Notes: generated by a model from the letters alone, not told the origin. A stretch of DNA of 64,000 nt from Candidatus Thorarchaeota archaeon (GCA_011364905.1 RDNZ01000003.1:66255-130254), one strand, 5' to 3'; numbered from the stretch's first letter, positions 43,182-52,227 are shown. Translations and numbers: made by a program.

Positions 43182-44168
43182 TTACTTGAATCTGTGGAAT
43201 TCCAATACATGCGCCATCCACCCCGCTGCTCTCGATAGTGCAAAGAACGAGGTGTTTAGTTCTGGTGGAAATCCAAATGTGGAATACACTGCTGCATTAT
43301 AGAGGTCCACATTTGGGTAGGCATCGATTCTCTTCTTCTCCAGGAGTAATGATCTTCCTTCCTGTGCGACAATATCGGATATTTGCAAAAGCCACTCTGC
43401 ATTGGTCCCATGAGCCCTTCGCTTAAGCATCTCCCTGAGGATTATGGCACGAGGATCCATCCCCCTGTAGATCCTATGGCCGAGACCATAGATTTTGCCT
43501 CCTGAGTCCAGTCTTTCTGCCAAGTATCTTCTTGCATTGGACTGCACTCTAATCTCTTGAAACATCGCCATAGCTTCAGTACCAGCTCCATGGTGTAGTG
43601 GATTGGTATGGGCCTTTAGGGCTGACAAAAGAACTTCTGAAATGGATTTTCCTTTTTTCAGAGATTCCTGCAATTTCGAGAGTGATGGGTTATCAGGATC
43701 ATCCATATGAAGAATCAACGCAGTTTGAAAATCACGCAGGTCTGTTTCAGTTGGAATAGCTCCTTTTGTCAACCATAGGAAGTTGGCTGCATGACCCAGA
43801 TTGCTGTTGCTTGGCAGTTTGACAAATCTATTCAGATACGAGTTTGTTTCATTTGCCACTACCAAAGGTGCAAGAGTAACGAACGTCAGAAGCGTATCAT
43901 GGATATCGAGCTTGTTGTCATCCTTTATTCTATCCAAACTCCCTGCCAGGTCAGACAATGAATCAACATCATCATTATAGAATTCTCTTAGTTTTACCAA
44001 CTTCTTTGTGATTGCCGCTAGCTCCAAATCCGATGGCCAATGTCCATTGACGAGTAAAAACAGAACCGTTTCAAAATCATAGCTGTTGCTGAAGTCTGCT
44101 ACATTGTATCCTTTGAAGAAGAGCTGATTAGTCTTTGAATCGATACGGCTGATTGGCTCCATGCACAT
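43182..44168 (-). CDS. Citrate synthase family protein (short form; citrate/2-methylcitrate synthase or citryl-CoA lyase-like)
   Basis: NPLHHGAG, GLGHRIYRGMDPRA and YPNVDLYNA carry the catalytic His/His/Asp contexts. 328 aa, shorter than typical citrate synthases. Confidence 0.8.
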   Translation of the reverse strand: MCMEPISRIDSKTNQLFFKGYNVADFSNSYDFETVLFLLVNGHWPSDLELAAITKKLVKLREFYNDDVDSLSDLAGSLDRIKDDNKLDIHDTLLTFVTLAPLVVANETNSYLNRFVKLPSNSNLGHAANFLWLTKGAIPTETDLRDFQTALILHMDDPDNPSLSKLQESLKKGKSISEVLLSALKAHTNPLHHGAGTEAMAMFQEIRVQSNARRYLAERLDSGGKIYGLGHRIYRGMDPRAIILREMLKRRAHGTNAEWLLQISDIVAQEGRSLLLEKKRIDAYPNVDLYNAAVYSTFGFPPELNTSFFALSRAAGWMAHVLEFHRFK

Positions 44169-44237
44169 GACCGACCATTGCTGTTGGATAGAATCAGAGT
44201 CCCTGAGATTTCACCCAGGCACTCTGTTTTGCAGGTT

Positions 44238-45245
44238 CTATAACTTCTTTCCGACTATAGCTGCTAGATCAGCGAGCCGATGGCTGTATCCTCCTTCGTT
44301 GTCATACCAACCAACAACTTTAGCAAGGTCACCAATGACATTTGTCAATAGCGAGTCAAAGCTGCATGAATGGTTGTCTCCGATGAAGTCTGACGAAACA
44401 AGCGGCTCATCTAAATATGCCAAGTAGGGGGATAGACTTCCTGATTTTGACGCCTGTTTGAATGCGTCGTTAATATCATCAACAGATGCGCCTTTTGACA
44501 TAACTACAGTTAGGTCTACAACAGATGCATCCATCACTGGCACTCTGAAAGCCATACCATCTAGTTTACCAGCGGCCTTCGGATAGACGAGTCCAATTGC
44601 TTTAGCCGCACCCGTAGAAGTTGGAACAGTATTCCAACATGCTGCTCTAGCCCTTCTCAAATCCTTGTGCGGCCCGTCCAACATGATTTGATCATTAGTT
44701 ACCGCATGAATAGTGGTCATTTGTCCTCTAACGATTCCAAACGCTTCATCCATGACCTTAACCATAGGTGCAAGACAATTCGTTGTGCAAGATGCGTTGG
44801 AAATCACATCATGCTTTGCAGGATCGTAGTCGCCATCATTTACACCTGGTACTACAGTCAACATTTCTCCACCTTTACCTGGTGCACTTAGGACAACTTT
44901 CTTTGCACCTCCTGCAAGATGCTTATCACAATCCTCTCTTGTCCTAAACCGCCCCGTCGATTCAATAACCAAATCTACCCCAAGGTCTCCCCAGGGGATT
45001 TTTGCCGGGTCCCTCTCAGAAAGAATTTTGATCTCATCACCGTTAACGGTGATGCTTCCTTTTCCTGCTTCTACTGTGCCATCAAAGCGGCCCATCACTG
45101 TATCATATTTCATCAAGTGTGCAAGCGTGGTTTCACTTGTAAGGTCGTTTGCCGCAATAATATCGAATCCTTTCTTTTCCAAGGCCGCTCGAAGAAATCC
45201 GCGACCTATTCTTCCAAATCCATTAATGCCAACTTTAATTGCCAT
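44238..45245 (-). CDS. gap: Glyceraldehyde-3-phosphate dehydrogenase, class I (bacterial/eukaryotic type)
   Basis: KVGINGFGRIGR, SNASCTTNCLAP active-site motif, WYDNEGGYS C-terminal motif. Confidence 0.92.
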   Translation of the reverse strand: MAIKVGINGFGRIGRGFLRAALEKKGFDIIAANDLTSETTLAHLMKYDTVMGRFDGTVEAGKGSITVNGDEIKILSERDPAKIPWGDLGVDLVIESTGRFRTREDCDKHLAGGAKKVVLSAPGKGGEMLTVVPGVNDGDYDPAKHDVISNASCTTNCLAPMVKVMDEAFGIVRGQMTTIHAVTNDQIMLDGPHKDLRRARAACWNTVPTSTGAAKAIGLVYPKAAGKLDGMAFRVPVMDASVVDLTVVMSKGASVDDINDAFKQASKSGSLSPYLAYLDEPLVSSDFIGDNHSCSFDSLLTNVIGDLAKVVGWYDNEGGYSHRLADLAAIVGKKL

Positions 45246-45610
45246 TCAAATGCCACCTCAAGTCTGTGACTATGTTTGGGAAGTCGTTGTGTTGTGATAT
45301 ATCTTTGCTCATAGGAACTTGCTAGCAGTATGTTTTTCGAGCAAATCGCCCGCTCATACCTTCTTATTCCATACGCATAATAGGAACGAATATGAAAGCC
45401 GAGAGGCCTGCAATTACAAATGGTGCATTAGGGCTCAAGAATACTGGAGGACTCCACAGATTAATTGTACATCGAAGTTCGAGATCCTCATTGTGGCTTA
45501 GAAATGTCGCTCAATCAATTCCAATTCATGAGAAAAGGCAAACATTCCATTATCCGCATTCTTAAGCCTTATTACAAACTCATTGTCTATCAAGTGCAGG
45601 AGATATTTTC

Positions 45611-45763
45611 ATGTCTGATCACAAGGATCACATGTGTGAGTTCGCAAAGCATCATGGCGTTGATGAAATGCGGGCTCGTGTAAAGGATGCTACTTTCATC
45701 TGCGAAGTATGTGGTCGAGTTGCAAACAACAAAGACTACGTCTGCAGACCTGTAAAACTGTAG
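45611..45763 (+). CDS. Small 4-Cys (zinc-ribbon-like) protein, below the ORF-track cutoff
   Basis: ATG preceded by GGAG 8 nt upstream. 50 codons: MSDHKDHMCEFAKHHGVDEMRARVKDATFICEVCGRVANNKDYVCRPVKL. A terminator hairpin lies 17 nt after the stop. Confidence 0.55.
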   Translation: MSDHKDHMCEFAKHHGVDEMRARVKDATFICEVCGRVANNKDYVCRPVKL

Positions 45764-45779
45764 CACAATCGATTCTAGA

Positions 45780-45819
45780 CTTCTGGAGGACCACACTAGT
45801 TCTCCAGAAGATTGTTTTT
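45780..45819 (+). terminator. Hairpin plus T-run after the small Cys-rich gene
   Basis: CTTCTGGAG (45780-45788) / CTCCAGAAG (45802-45810), followed by ATTGTTTTT. Confidence 0.5.
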
Positions 45820-45964
45820 CTGATCCTCTACTCTGGAAAATAGCTAGCAATCCAATGTCCAAGACTTACTTCGTTGAGAAATGGTTCCTCTGATAAGCAG
45901 TTCGCAGAAGGCTAGAAAGGGAGGATATATCTCTCTGATTAGATGTCATGCAATCGTGGTTTGA

Positions 45965-47305
45965 ATGTATGATTCAGTAACCAAGTTCATTGACAGTTCT
46001 CTTGACGAATCTATTGAAACTCTGAAGTCATTGTGTCGAATTCCCTCGGTAGCAGCTAAGAACGAAGGTCTAGACGATGCAGCCATGATGGTTGAAGAAA
46101 TGATGAAGAAGGCTGGTTTAGAAACTGAAATTCATCCAACAACGGGCGCTTCTGTCGTGACAGGTTGGCTAGATGTTGGAGCAAAACGAACCCTCCTCTT
46201 TTATGATCATTACGATGTGCAGCCAGCTGAACCCTTTGACCTCTGGCACTCTCCTCCGTTTGAACCAGAGCTGCGTGATGGGCGACTTTATGGACGCGGA
46301 GTTGCGGATAACAAAGGAAACACGGCATTAAGGTTGTGGACTCTACGAGCGTTCAGGGAAACGGGTACAGACCTGCCAGTGAATATCAAGTTTGTAGTTG
46401 AAGGAGAAGAGGAAATTGGAAGTGTTCATCTTCCAGAATACACAGAGAAGAATACCGATTTCATAACTGCTGATGGCGGAATATGGGAGTTTGGCGGAGC
46501 TGGCATTCATGGAAAGCAAGAGGCCTGGCTCGGTCTCAAAGGGATCTTTTTCGTTGAGCTTGGGGTTGAGCGCCTCTCAAGAGATGTTCACTCAAGCAAT
46601 GCATGTATCCTCCCATCCGCAGCAAGTCGTCTGATTTGGGCATTGAACTCTTTGAAGGATGAAGCAAGTCAAGTTCTGATTGAGGGATTCTATGATGGAA
46701 TCAAACCACTTACTAAAACAGAAATCGAGGCCATCAAGAAGATAGACATGCGTGAGGAGAAGTTCAAGAAAGTGTATGGTATTGAGGAATACTTGAATGG
46801 TCTCACAAATGATAAGCTAAAGGAGGCATACTATGGGTCTCCGACATGCAATATCTGTGGCCTTACTAGCGGTTATCAAGGCAAAGGGTCGATGACAGTT
46901 CTCCCTGCAAAAGCATCGTGTAAGATTGATTTTAGGTTAGTTGAAGGAATGCATCCAGATGACATTCATAAAAAACTCAGAAAACATCTGGATGAACACG
47001 GATTTACAGATGTCAAGATTACATACTTCGAGGGGTATCCTGCTGCCAAAACACCAATTGACCATCCATTTGTAAAAGTCATCGAGAGAGCAAACCAGAG
47101 GATCTTTGGGGACTTGGTCATTCATCCCACAAGTCCTGGTTCCGGGCCTTTGTATCTCTTCAATAAGTATGTCCCAATGGTGTCTATAGGGTGTGGTGAC
47201 TATGAATCAAAGGCGCATTCGCCAAATGAGAGCATCGTAATCGAGAACTTCAGAAAGTCAATGCATCGAATTGTCGCAGTCATTGATGAGATGAGTAAAT
47301 GGTAG
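45965..47305 (+). CDS. M20-family metallopeptidase (dipeptidase / deacylase type)
   Basis: LLFYDHYDVQPAEP, GRGVADNKG, VVEGEEEIGS metal-ligand contexts. 446 aa. Confidence 0.85.
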   Translation: MYDSVTKFIDSSLDESIETLKSLCRIPSVAAKNEGLDDAAMMVEEMMKKAGLETEIHPTTGASVVTGWLDVGAKRTLLFYDHYDVQPAEPFDLWHSPPFEPELRDGRLYGRGVADNKGNTALRLWTLRAFRETGTDLPVNIKFVVEGEEEIGSVHLPEYTEKNTDFITADGGIWEFGGAGIHGKQEAWLGLKGIFFVELGVERLSRDVHSSNACILPSAASRLIWALNSLKDEASQVLIEGFYDGIKPLTKTEIEAIKKIDMREEKFKKVYGIEEYLNGLTNDKLKEAYYGSPTCNICGLTSGYQGKGSMTVLPAKASCKIDFRLVEGMHPDDIHKKLRKHLDEHGFTDVKITYFEGYPAAKTPIDHPFVKVIERANQRIFGDLVIHPTSPGSGPLYLFNKYVPMVSIGCGDYESKAHSPNESIVIENFRKSMHRIVAVIDEMSKW

Positions 47306-47386
47306 GACTATTGTGTCCTACCGATATTCCTTTCTGCGGAATAACTTCAGGTCATTTATTCTTTCGCAAACAAAGCATGGGATGTG

Positions 47387-48763
47387 TCATGCACCATGCT
47401 CGTAGGGGAGTCTGATCAAGAAACAGCATCCTGAACCGTTTGTTGATACTAGACTGATTGACCCATTCTCGGACTCTATAATAGTCTTGGCTAAGTATAG
47501 GCCAAGTCCTTTCCCCTCCGAACCTGTGGATGTTCCCTTCTCAAAAAGACTCTCTCGGATATTCTGATCTATTCCTGGACCATCATCTTCAAGCACAATC
47601 TCAAGTGTATCACTGACTCTAGTAATCTCAATTTCCACGTTTGGATTGATGCCAGCATGTTGTGACGCATTACGTAGCAAGTTCTCAAAAGCCAACGCAA
47701 CGAGCCTCCCATATTTTGGAGGTTTATCTCTCACCTCATCTGCGATAGTAATGGAAACTCGCATCCCTTTGAATGCGATTTCAGCTCGTTTGCCTATTTT
47801 TTCTAAGATTTCAACTATATTGTCATCAAGTTCAGCATCGGTCATAGAAAAGATGTGTAGCAGGCTTCTCATTCTTTGCGCTGCTGCATAAGTAGACTCA
47901 AGGAATGCGGCCTGTCTGGGTTCACCGTTCGCCATCTGCGAGAGCTCAATGCCTCCCAGTATCAACTGCAAATCATTACCAAGGTCATGTCGTAACAGAC
48001 TAGTATAGATTTCAAGCTCCCGTCTTCTTGCTTCCAAACTCCGGTTACTTTGTTCGAGACCTATCGAATAGTAATTTTGGTTCCATGAAGTAAACATGAG
48101 TAATACTCCAATTGCGAAAAACACCGCAACAGTTTCCAACGCATTGGATAATAGTATTCCTGGGTGAATGAGTGCAAGTACAATCAGGGCTATTGAAAGC
48201 CCTCCCGTGAGAAGCGATTGCTTCCTGATTGATATTAGCTGCGTTGCTAATAACACCGAGAGAACAGGCCATGTCAAAATCTGAAAGGCAAGAGCATCTC
48301 GTGTCCAAACTGGATAAAGAGTAATTGTCACAATGGGTATGCATGCCGCGCAAACAATTGTCAAAGCTGCAGCTAATCTGATATGTATTGTTCCACTCAG
48401 TAAATAGACACTTGCTGCAAATATGGTCAGAGATGAATAGAATGGGATCCCTTGTACTGGATCACTTGTAACTTGCAGAATCGGAAAAACACACAAAGCG
48501 GTGAATAACGCTGTCCTGAGAAACCTGGCTCTCCGCCTTTGCCCGCCTTCGGTTATTATCTGCGCTGGTCGCGTGAGGGTTTTAGGTAGCTCTAGGATAC
48601 GCTCAATCAATCTTCCTTTGTCCAGCTCAAGTAGAGCATCCCTCAAATCATTACGCTCCAATCTACCATGGATGACGTGACAATCAGCCTTAGAGCTAAT
48701 GGTCGAATGGCGTAAAACGACCATTATAAGGTTTTGATGGTCCTGAAATCCACCTCTAGACAC
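47387..48763 (-). CDS. Sensor histidine kinase with polytopic membrane sensor region
   Basis: About 6 TM segments, H-box SLLRHDLGNDLQ, HATPase_c motifs LLRNASQHAG, DDGPGI, GKGLGLYLAK. GTG start; alternative ATG 48724. Confidence 0.8.
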   Translation of the reverse strand: MSRGGFQDHQNLIMVVLRHSTISSKADCHVIHGRLERNDLRDALLELDKGRLIERILELPKTLTRPAQIITEGGQRRRARFLRTALFTALCVFPILQVTSDPVQGIPFYSSLTIFAASVYLLSGTIHIRLAAALTIVCAACIPIVTITLYPVWTRDALAFQILTWPVLSVLLATQLISIRKQSLLTGGLSIALIVLALIHPGILLSNALETVAVFFAIGVLLMFTSWNQNYYSIGLEQSNRSLEARRRELEIYTSLLRHDLGNDLQLILGGIELSQMANGEPRQAAFLESTYAAAQRMRSLLHIFSMTDAELDDNIVEILEKIGKRAEIAFKGMRVSITIADEVRDKPPKYGRLVALAFENLLRNASQHAGINPNVEIEITRVSDTLEIVLEDDGPGIDQNIRESLFEKGTSTGSEGKGLGLYLAKTIIESENGSISLVSTNGSGCCFLIRLPYEHGA

Positions 48764-48817
48764 TTATCATATCGAATCAAGAATATTTATGGATATTTAT
48801 TATGGTATACTATCATA

Positions 48818-48858
48818 ATAGAATAGTTTATAATATGGCTTTGTCTATTATAGAATAG
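48818..48858. repeat. Direct repeat ATAGAATAG x2 in the divergent promoter region
   Basis: ATAGAATAG at 48818-48826 and 48850-48858 (32-bp spacing). Nearby TTATGG(A/T)ATA is also duplicated. Lies in the AT-rich spacer between the kinase gene and the 96-aa ORF. Confidence 0.4.
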
Positions 48859-48904
48859 CGCCTATGTATAGGAGCATAAAAAGAGAAACAGAGACAGTAT
48901 CACA

Positions 48905-49195
48905 ATGACCGATAAGGGTAGTATATCCTGGGGCAAGATGGGTCGAAAGATGAACAGCTCAAATTCTCTTGCATTCATGGAGATCAGATTCCGCTCGTTG
49001 AGCAAGGCTATTGATGAGCTGAAGACCAAGCGTGTGCGACTTGAACAAGCCTTACGCTACGGTCATGTACTCGAGTCTGAATACGCCAGCTCTTTGCTGA
49101 AACTAATCGTTGAAAGCAATACTCTCACCAAAGAGCAAGAGGAAATAGCTGAGCGCATGAAAGCCCTTAAGAACGATCATCTGGTTAGACGATAA
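48905..49195 (+). CDS. Small coiled-coil protein, unknown function
   Basis: 96-aa ORF with heptad-like charged/hydrophobic pattern (IDELKTKRVRLEQAL..., EQEEIAERMKALKN). Confidence 0.45.
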   Translation: MTDKGSISWGKMGRKMNSSNSLAFMEIRFRSLSKAIDELKTKRVRLEQALRYGHVLESEYASSLLKLIVESNTLTKEQEEIAERMKALKNDHLVRR

Positions 49196-49261
49196 TTCTC
49201 ATGTACCCAGCTTTTATTCCCGGGATTTCATTCAGAAATTTGGTTTGGAGTTCTTCAACTA

Positions 49262-49702
49262 CTAAAACTTGAGAATTTCTCTCACTTTTTCTTCTAGACT
49301 GTCTGGTGTTACGATAGTGGCAAACTCTGCTGCTTCGCCCAGGAGTTCCTTTGCCTTTTCATTGAATTCTTTCGGGACTACTACAAGAACTGGAATATTG
49401 TACACTTTCGCAGGATAGAGAAGGTCTATCGGTCGAAAACCTCTGTGTATATCGACGCCCATGGGGGACCCTTGCATACTCTTGTCTTCGCATTTCCTCA
49501 GAGGTGGAAGTAGTTTGTGAAGGTAGGCTATAATTAGGTCGATATCATCTGGTTCGAGGTGAGATGCATTCTTTCCATGTCCATCCCACTCATTTGCCAA
49601 GGGTATGGTACAGAATCCACTTGCAACAATTTTCGTAAGCAAATTGGAATCCGTTCCTTCGAAATATCCGACTATTTTCATTCTTTTATCCTCAATATCC
49701 AT
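49262..49702 (-). CDS. Hypothetical alpha/beta protein
   Basis: 146-aa ORF. Alternating beta-alpha pattern (MKIVGYFEG, IDLIIAY, IPVLVVVP). No family recognised. Confidence 0.5.
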   Translation of the reverse strand: MDIEDKRMKIVGYFEGTDSNLLTKIVASGFCTIPLANEWDGHGKNASHLEPDDIDLIIAYLHKLLPPLRKCEDKSMQGSPMGVDIHRGFRPIDLLYPAKVYNIPVLVVVPKEFNEKAKELLGEAAEFATIVTPDSLEEKVREILKF

Positions 49703-49786
49703 AGTGATTCTATGACTAAGAATCCTTCTATGTAACCCATCTTATTCCTAGCAGTGTCACAGCTGCTCTGCTGACAATTAGCGGGT

Positions 49787-50011
49787 CTAGTTTTTGTCTA
49801 CCTCTTCTGGTGGATTCTTTATAATGAAATAAATCGCATACGCAAATGAAGCGAACGCTGCAACGATGGCTCCCAGTATAAGGATCAGTAAGTCAATTAT
49901 GTATAATATGAACAAAGCTCCCATTACAGCATAAAAGAGTATATTCACGTAGATTATTCTTCTGAAATACTTCTTGCCAGACTCATCATGAACGAGTAAG
50001 AAATCTCCCAT
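49787..50011 (-). CDS. Small 2-TM membrane protein
   Basis: 74-aa ORF with two long hydrophobic segments. Confidence 0.4.
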   Translation of the reverse strand: MGDFLLVHDESGKKYFRRIIYVNILFYAVMGALFILYIIDLLILILGAIVAAFASFAYAIYFIIKNPPEEVDKN

Positions 50012-50146
50012 ACTATCTCCTAATCATAGTATATGCATGTATTCTTATCAATTGTGCGAGAAACCGTATCTATTCAATCAGGGTTGTCATAACCAGGGCA
50101 GAAATGATGCGAGGTCACTGGTCAACTCCGTCGATAAAGAGATGCA

Positions 50147-50185
50147 GATGAGGCATCTTTGGCAAGACCCTCATCCTGTTTTTTT
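50147..50185. terminator. Hairpin with flanking T/A runs downstream of rubredoxin
   Basis: GATGAGG (50147-50153) / CCTCATC (50169-50175). T7 run at 50179-50185 on the plus strand; T-rich TGCATCTCTTTATC follows on the minus strand. Confidence 0.4.
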
Positions 50186-50206
50186 AGCTAATTACTGATA
50201 CATTCT

Positions 50207-50368
50207 TTAAGTAATTAACTCGAAGTCTTCTTTTGCCGCTCCACACATAGGACATACCCAGTCATCAGGCAAATCGGCGAACTTGGTTCCAGCGGGGATA
50301 CCGCTGTCAGGATCGCCTTCGTCTTCATCATAAACCCAGCCGCATACCTGGCACTCGTATTTAGCCAT
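50207..50368 (-). CDS. rub: Rubredoxin (53 aa, missed by the 60-aa ORF cutoff)
   Basis: [53 protein letters not shown]: classic CxxCG...CPxCG rubredoxin with the conserved WVY and DDW aromatic residues. Confidence 0.9.
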   Translation of the reverse strand: MAKYECQVCGWVYDEDEGDPDSGIPAGTKFADLPDDWVCPMCGAAKEDFELIT

Positions 50369-50487
50369 GTTAGTGTCTCCGGTTTTTTCCTATCTTAAGC
50401 GGATAAATTATCCGCGCGATGGTCTAAGCTGAATTGGATAAAAGGCTTGGGATTGGTGGCAATGAGTCAGAATTGTTTGAAACTGGC

Positions 50488-51717
50488 TCATTCCTCTTCT
50501 TCAGATTCCTCATCAGGGAGTTCGGAGTCCTCCGTCGTTTCCTCTTCAACTTCGTCTTCAGGTACCCCTGACGCTTCTTCATCCTCTACAGGTTCACTGA
50601 CCTCTTCAGGCTCTTCTTCAACAGCTGGTTCTTCCTCAGATTCCACAGGCTGTTCTTCGGGAACCTCAGGTTCCTTCGAAACCTTTCTTGACTTTCTGAT
50701 AAAGTTTAATTCCATAAACAATGCAACGAATGGAAAGATGAAGAGCTTGATAGCATCACCAGCGGCTCCTGCCAAGGCGGGATCTCCGAAGCTGCTTAAA
50801 ATCACGCTAAACATTGCATCAACGAACATGTAGCCTGAGGCAAGGAAGAATGTAGTTGTAGCTGCCAGTTCCTTGCTCAGTTTCCATCGAGTATCTAACT
50901 CTGCACGGCTTGATAGAGTACTTCCTATGCCACTCATTGTATAGAGTATAAAAAGCACTGAAATCGCTATACTCACTAAGTCGAGGGATGGATCAAAGCC
51001 CTTTAGGACATTATAGATGAAATAAGCAGAGTAGAAAGACACGAAGAATCCAAGAAAGGCGATATTCGGTCCGGTTGATTTGTCTCTCTCCTTAGCAAGT
51101 ATCAAGCCGTTGAAAAAGTTGAAACCTGCCGCTAATAGAGTACCGAGAAAAGCAACAATGATCCATAACAGTGCAGGACCAAAAAGAACTGTGGATACAA
51201 GAAATGCACCAACGATTACGACATAGTTTGCGACATAGATGACTCCGTACAGCACTCCGGCCAACTTCGACTTTTGTTCTATCTTTACACCTTCAGCATA
51301 TCCGAGAGAGTTTCTCGCCGCAAAATAAGACTGAAATCCAATCCATCCCAGAAAGCCTATACCAATGAATAGAACATTGAAGAAAGTCCTCACTAGTAAC
51401 AGGAGTATCAGAATGACGATGCTAATGACCAACCATGTCAGTGTTGAAATGAGTGATCGGCGGTATGACTCTTCGTCAGCAACAAGTCTTGTCAAGCCCA
51501 ACAACGACAGAAAGGCAGCAACCATGAAGAATGTAGGAAAAATCCCTCCAGCAAACAAAGTGAGCAGTTGAAGTGCAGGGAATGCGACTGTTATGCGTTC
51601 ATAGATTGTAATTAGAAAGGCTCCAATTATGAAGACGAGAGTGAACCATTTCAGTCTCTTTGACGAGAAAAACAGTTTCAAACCCTCTATGAAGTTTGTA
51701 AGGAACGGAATCTCCAT
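50488..51717 (-). CDS. Polytopic membrane protein with strongly acidic C-terminal tail
   Basis: 409 aa, about 10 TM segments. The final 65 aa or so are Glu/Pro/Val-rich (EEPAVEEEPEEVSEPVEDEE...ESEEEE). Confidence 0.6.
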   Translation of the reverse strand: MEIPFLTNFIEGLKLFFSSKRLKWFTLVFIIGAFLITIYERITVAFPALQLLTLFAGGIFPTFFMVAAFLSLLGLTRLVADEESYRRSLISTLTWLVISIVILILLLLVRTFFNVLFIGIGFLGWIGFQSYFAARNSLGYAEGVKIEQKSKLAGVLYGVIYVANYVVIVGAFLVSTVLFGPALLWIIVAFLGTLLAAGFNFFNGLILAKERDKSTGPNIAFLGFFVSFYSAYFIYNVLKGFDPSLDLVSIAISVLFILYTMSGIGSTLSSRAELDTRWKLSKELAATTTFFLASGYMFVDAMFSVILSSFGDPALAGAAGDAIKLFIFPFVALFMELNFIRKSRKVSKEPEVPEEQPVESEEEPAVEEEPEEVSEPVEDEEASGVPEDEVEEETTEDSELPDEESEEEE

Positions 51718-51759
51718 GTTTCTTTCCTCCTAAATGGCTAATATTGGAATATCATTTCA

Positions 51760-52227
51760 CTATTTATTCTTGAGCACATGTAGAATCTCTGCCTCAAGAG
51801 TGTCCTTGACTGTAGGTTTTTCGATAACTGTCCCTACAAGATTACCGTTGGCGTCATAAAAGTTGAACCAAGGAATTGCTGTAACACCCCATTCTTCGAT
51901 TTCAGGTGGTGATGGTGGAACTGCCCATTGGTGATCCGGGTCAAGAGGCTTGGTTTTGATTTTGCTAAACACTAGGACCTCGAGTCCAAGTTGCTCTTCT
52001 ATCTGAAGCATTACTGGCATGGCTCTTTTGCAGTCTCCGCACCAAGCCGCACTGAAGACCACGACTGTAAGACCTTTGAGGACTTCTCTGAGCTCATCAA
52101 GCACTTCAGGGTCGAGTTTGTATGTTCTATATACCTCAAGGAATTTCTCCTTGTCTTTGTCCCTAAGACTCTCTATGTAGTCATGTACATTCGTAGTTCG
52201 AGACCTGATTTCGTTGAGGTTAACCAT
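51760..52227 (-). CDS. Thioredoxin-fold protein
   Basis: VVVFSAAWCGDCKRAMP (WCxxC active site) and a later cis-Pro context TAIPWF. Confidence 0.75.
   Translation of the reverse strand: MVNLNEIRSRTTNVHDYIESLRDKDKEKFLEVYRTYKLDPEVLDELREVLKGLTVVVFSAAWCGDCKRAMPVMLQIEEQLGLEVLVFSKIKTKPLDPDHQWAVPPSPPEIEEWGVTAIPWFNFYDANGNLVGTVIEKPTVKDTLEAEILHVLKNK

Noticed and set aside
45498-45608. Open minus-strand frame reading ...LIDNEFVIRLKNADNGMFAFSHELELIERHF-stop, protein-like in composition
   Set aside because: There is no start codon before an internal Met near its end, it is bounded by a stop 36 codons upstream, and it overlaps the RBS and promoter of the small Cys-rich gene. It is possibly another gene remnant but unsupported.
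50447-50833. 128-aa Ser-rich plus-strand ORF
   Set aside because: It is the antisense shadow of the Glu-rich tail of the 50488-51717 membrane protein gene (GAA/GAG codons read as TTC/CTC/TCx). It has no independent signals.
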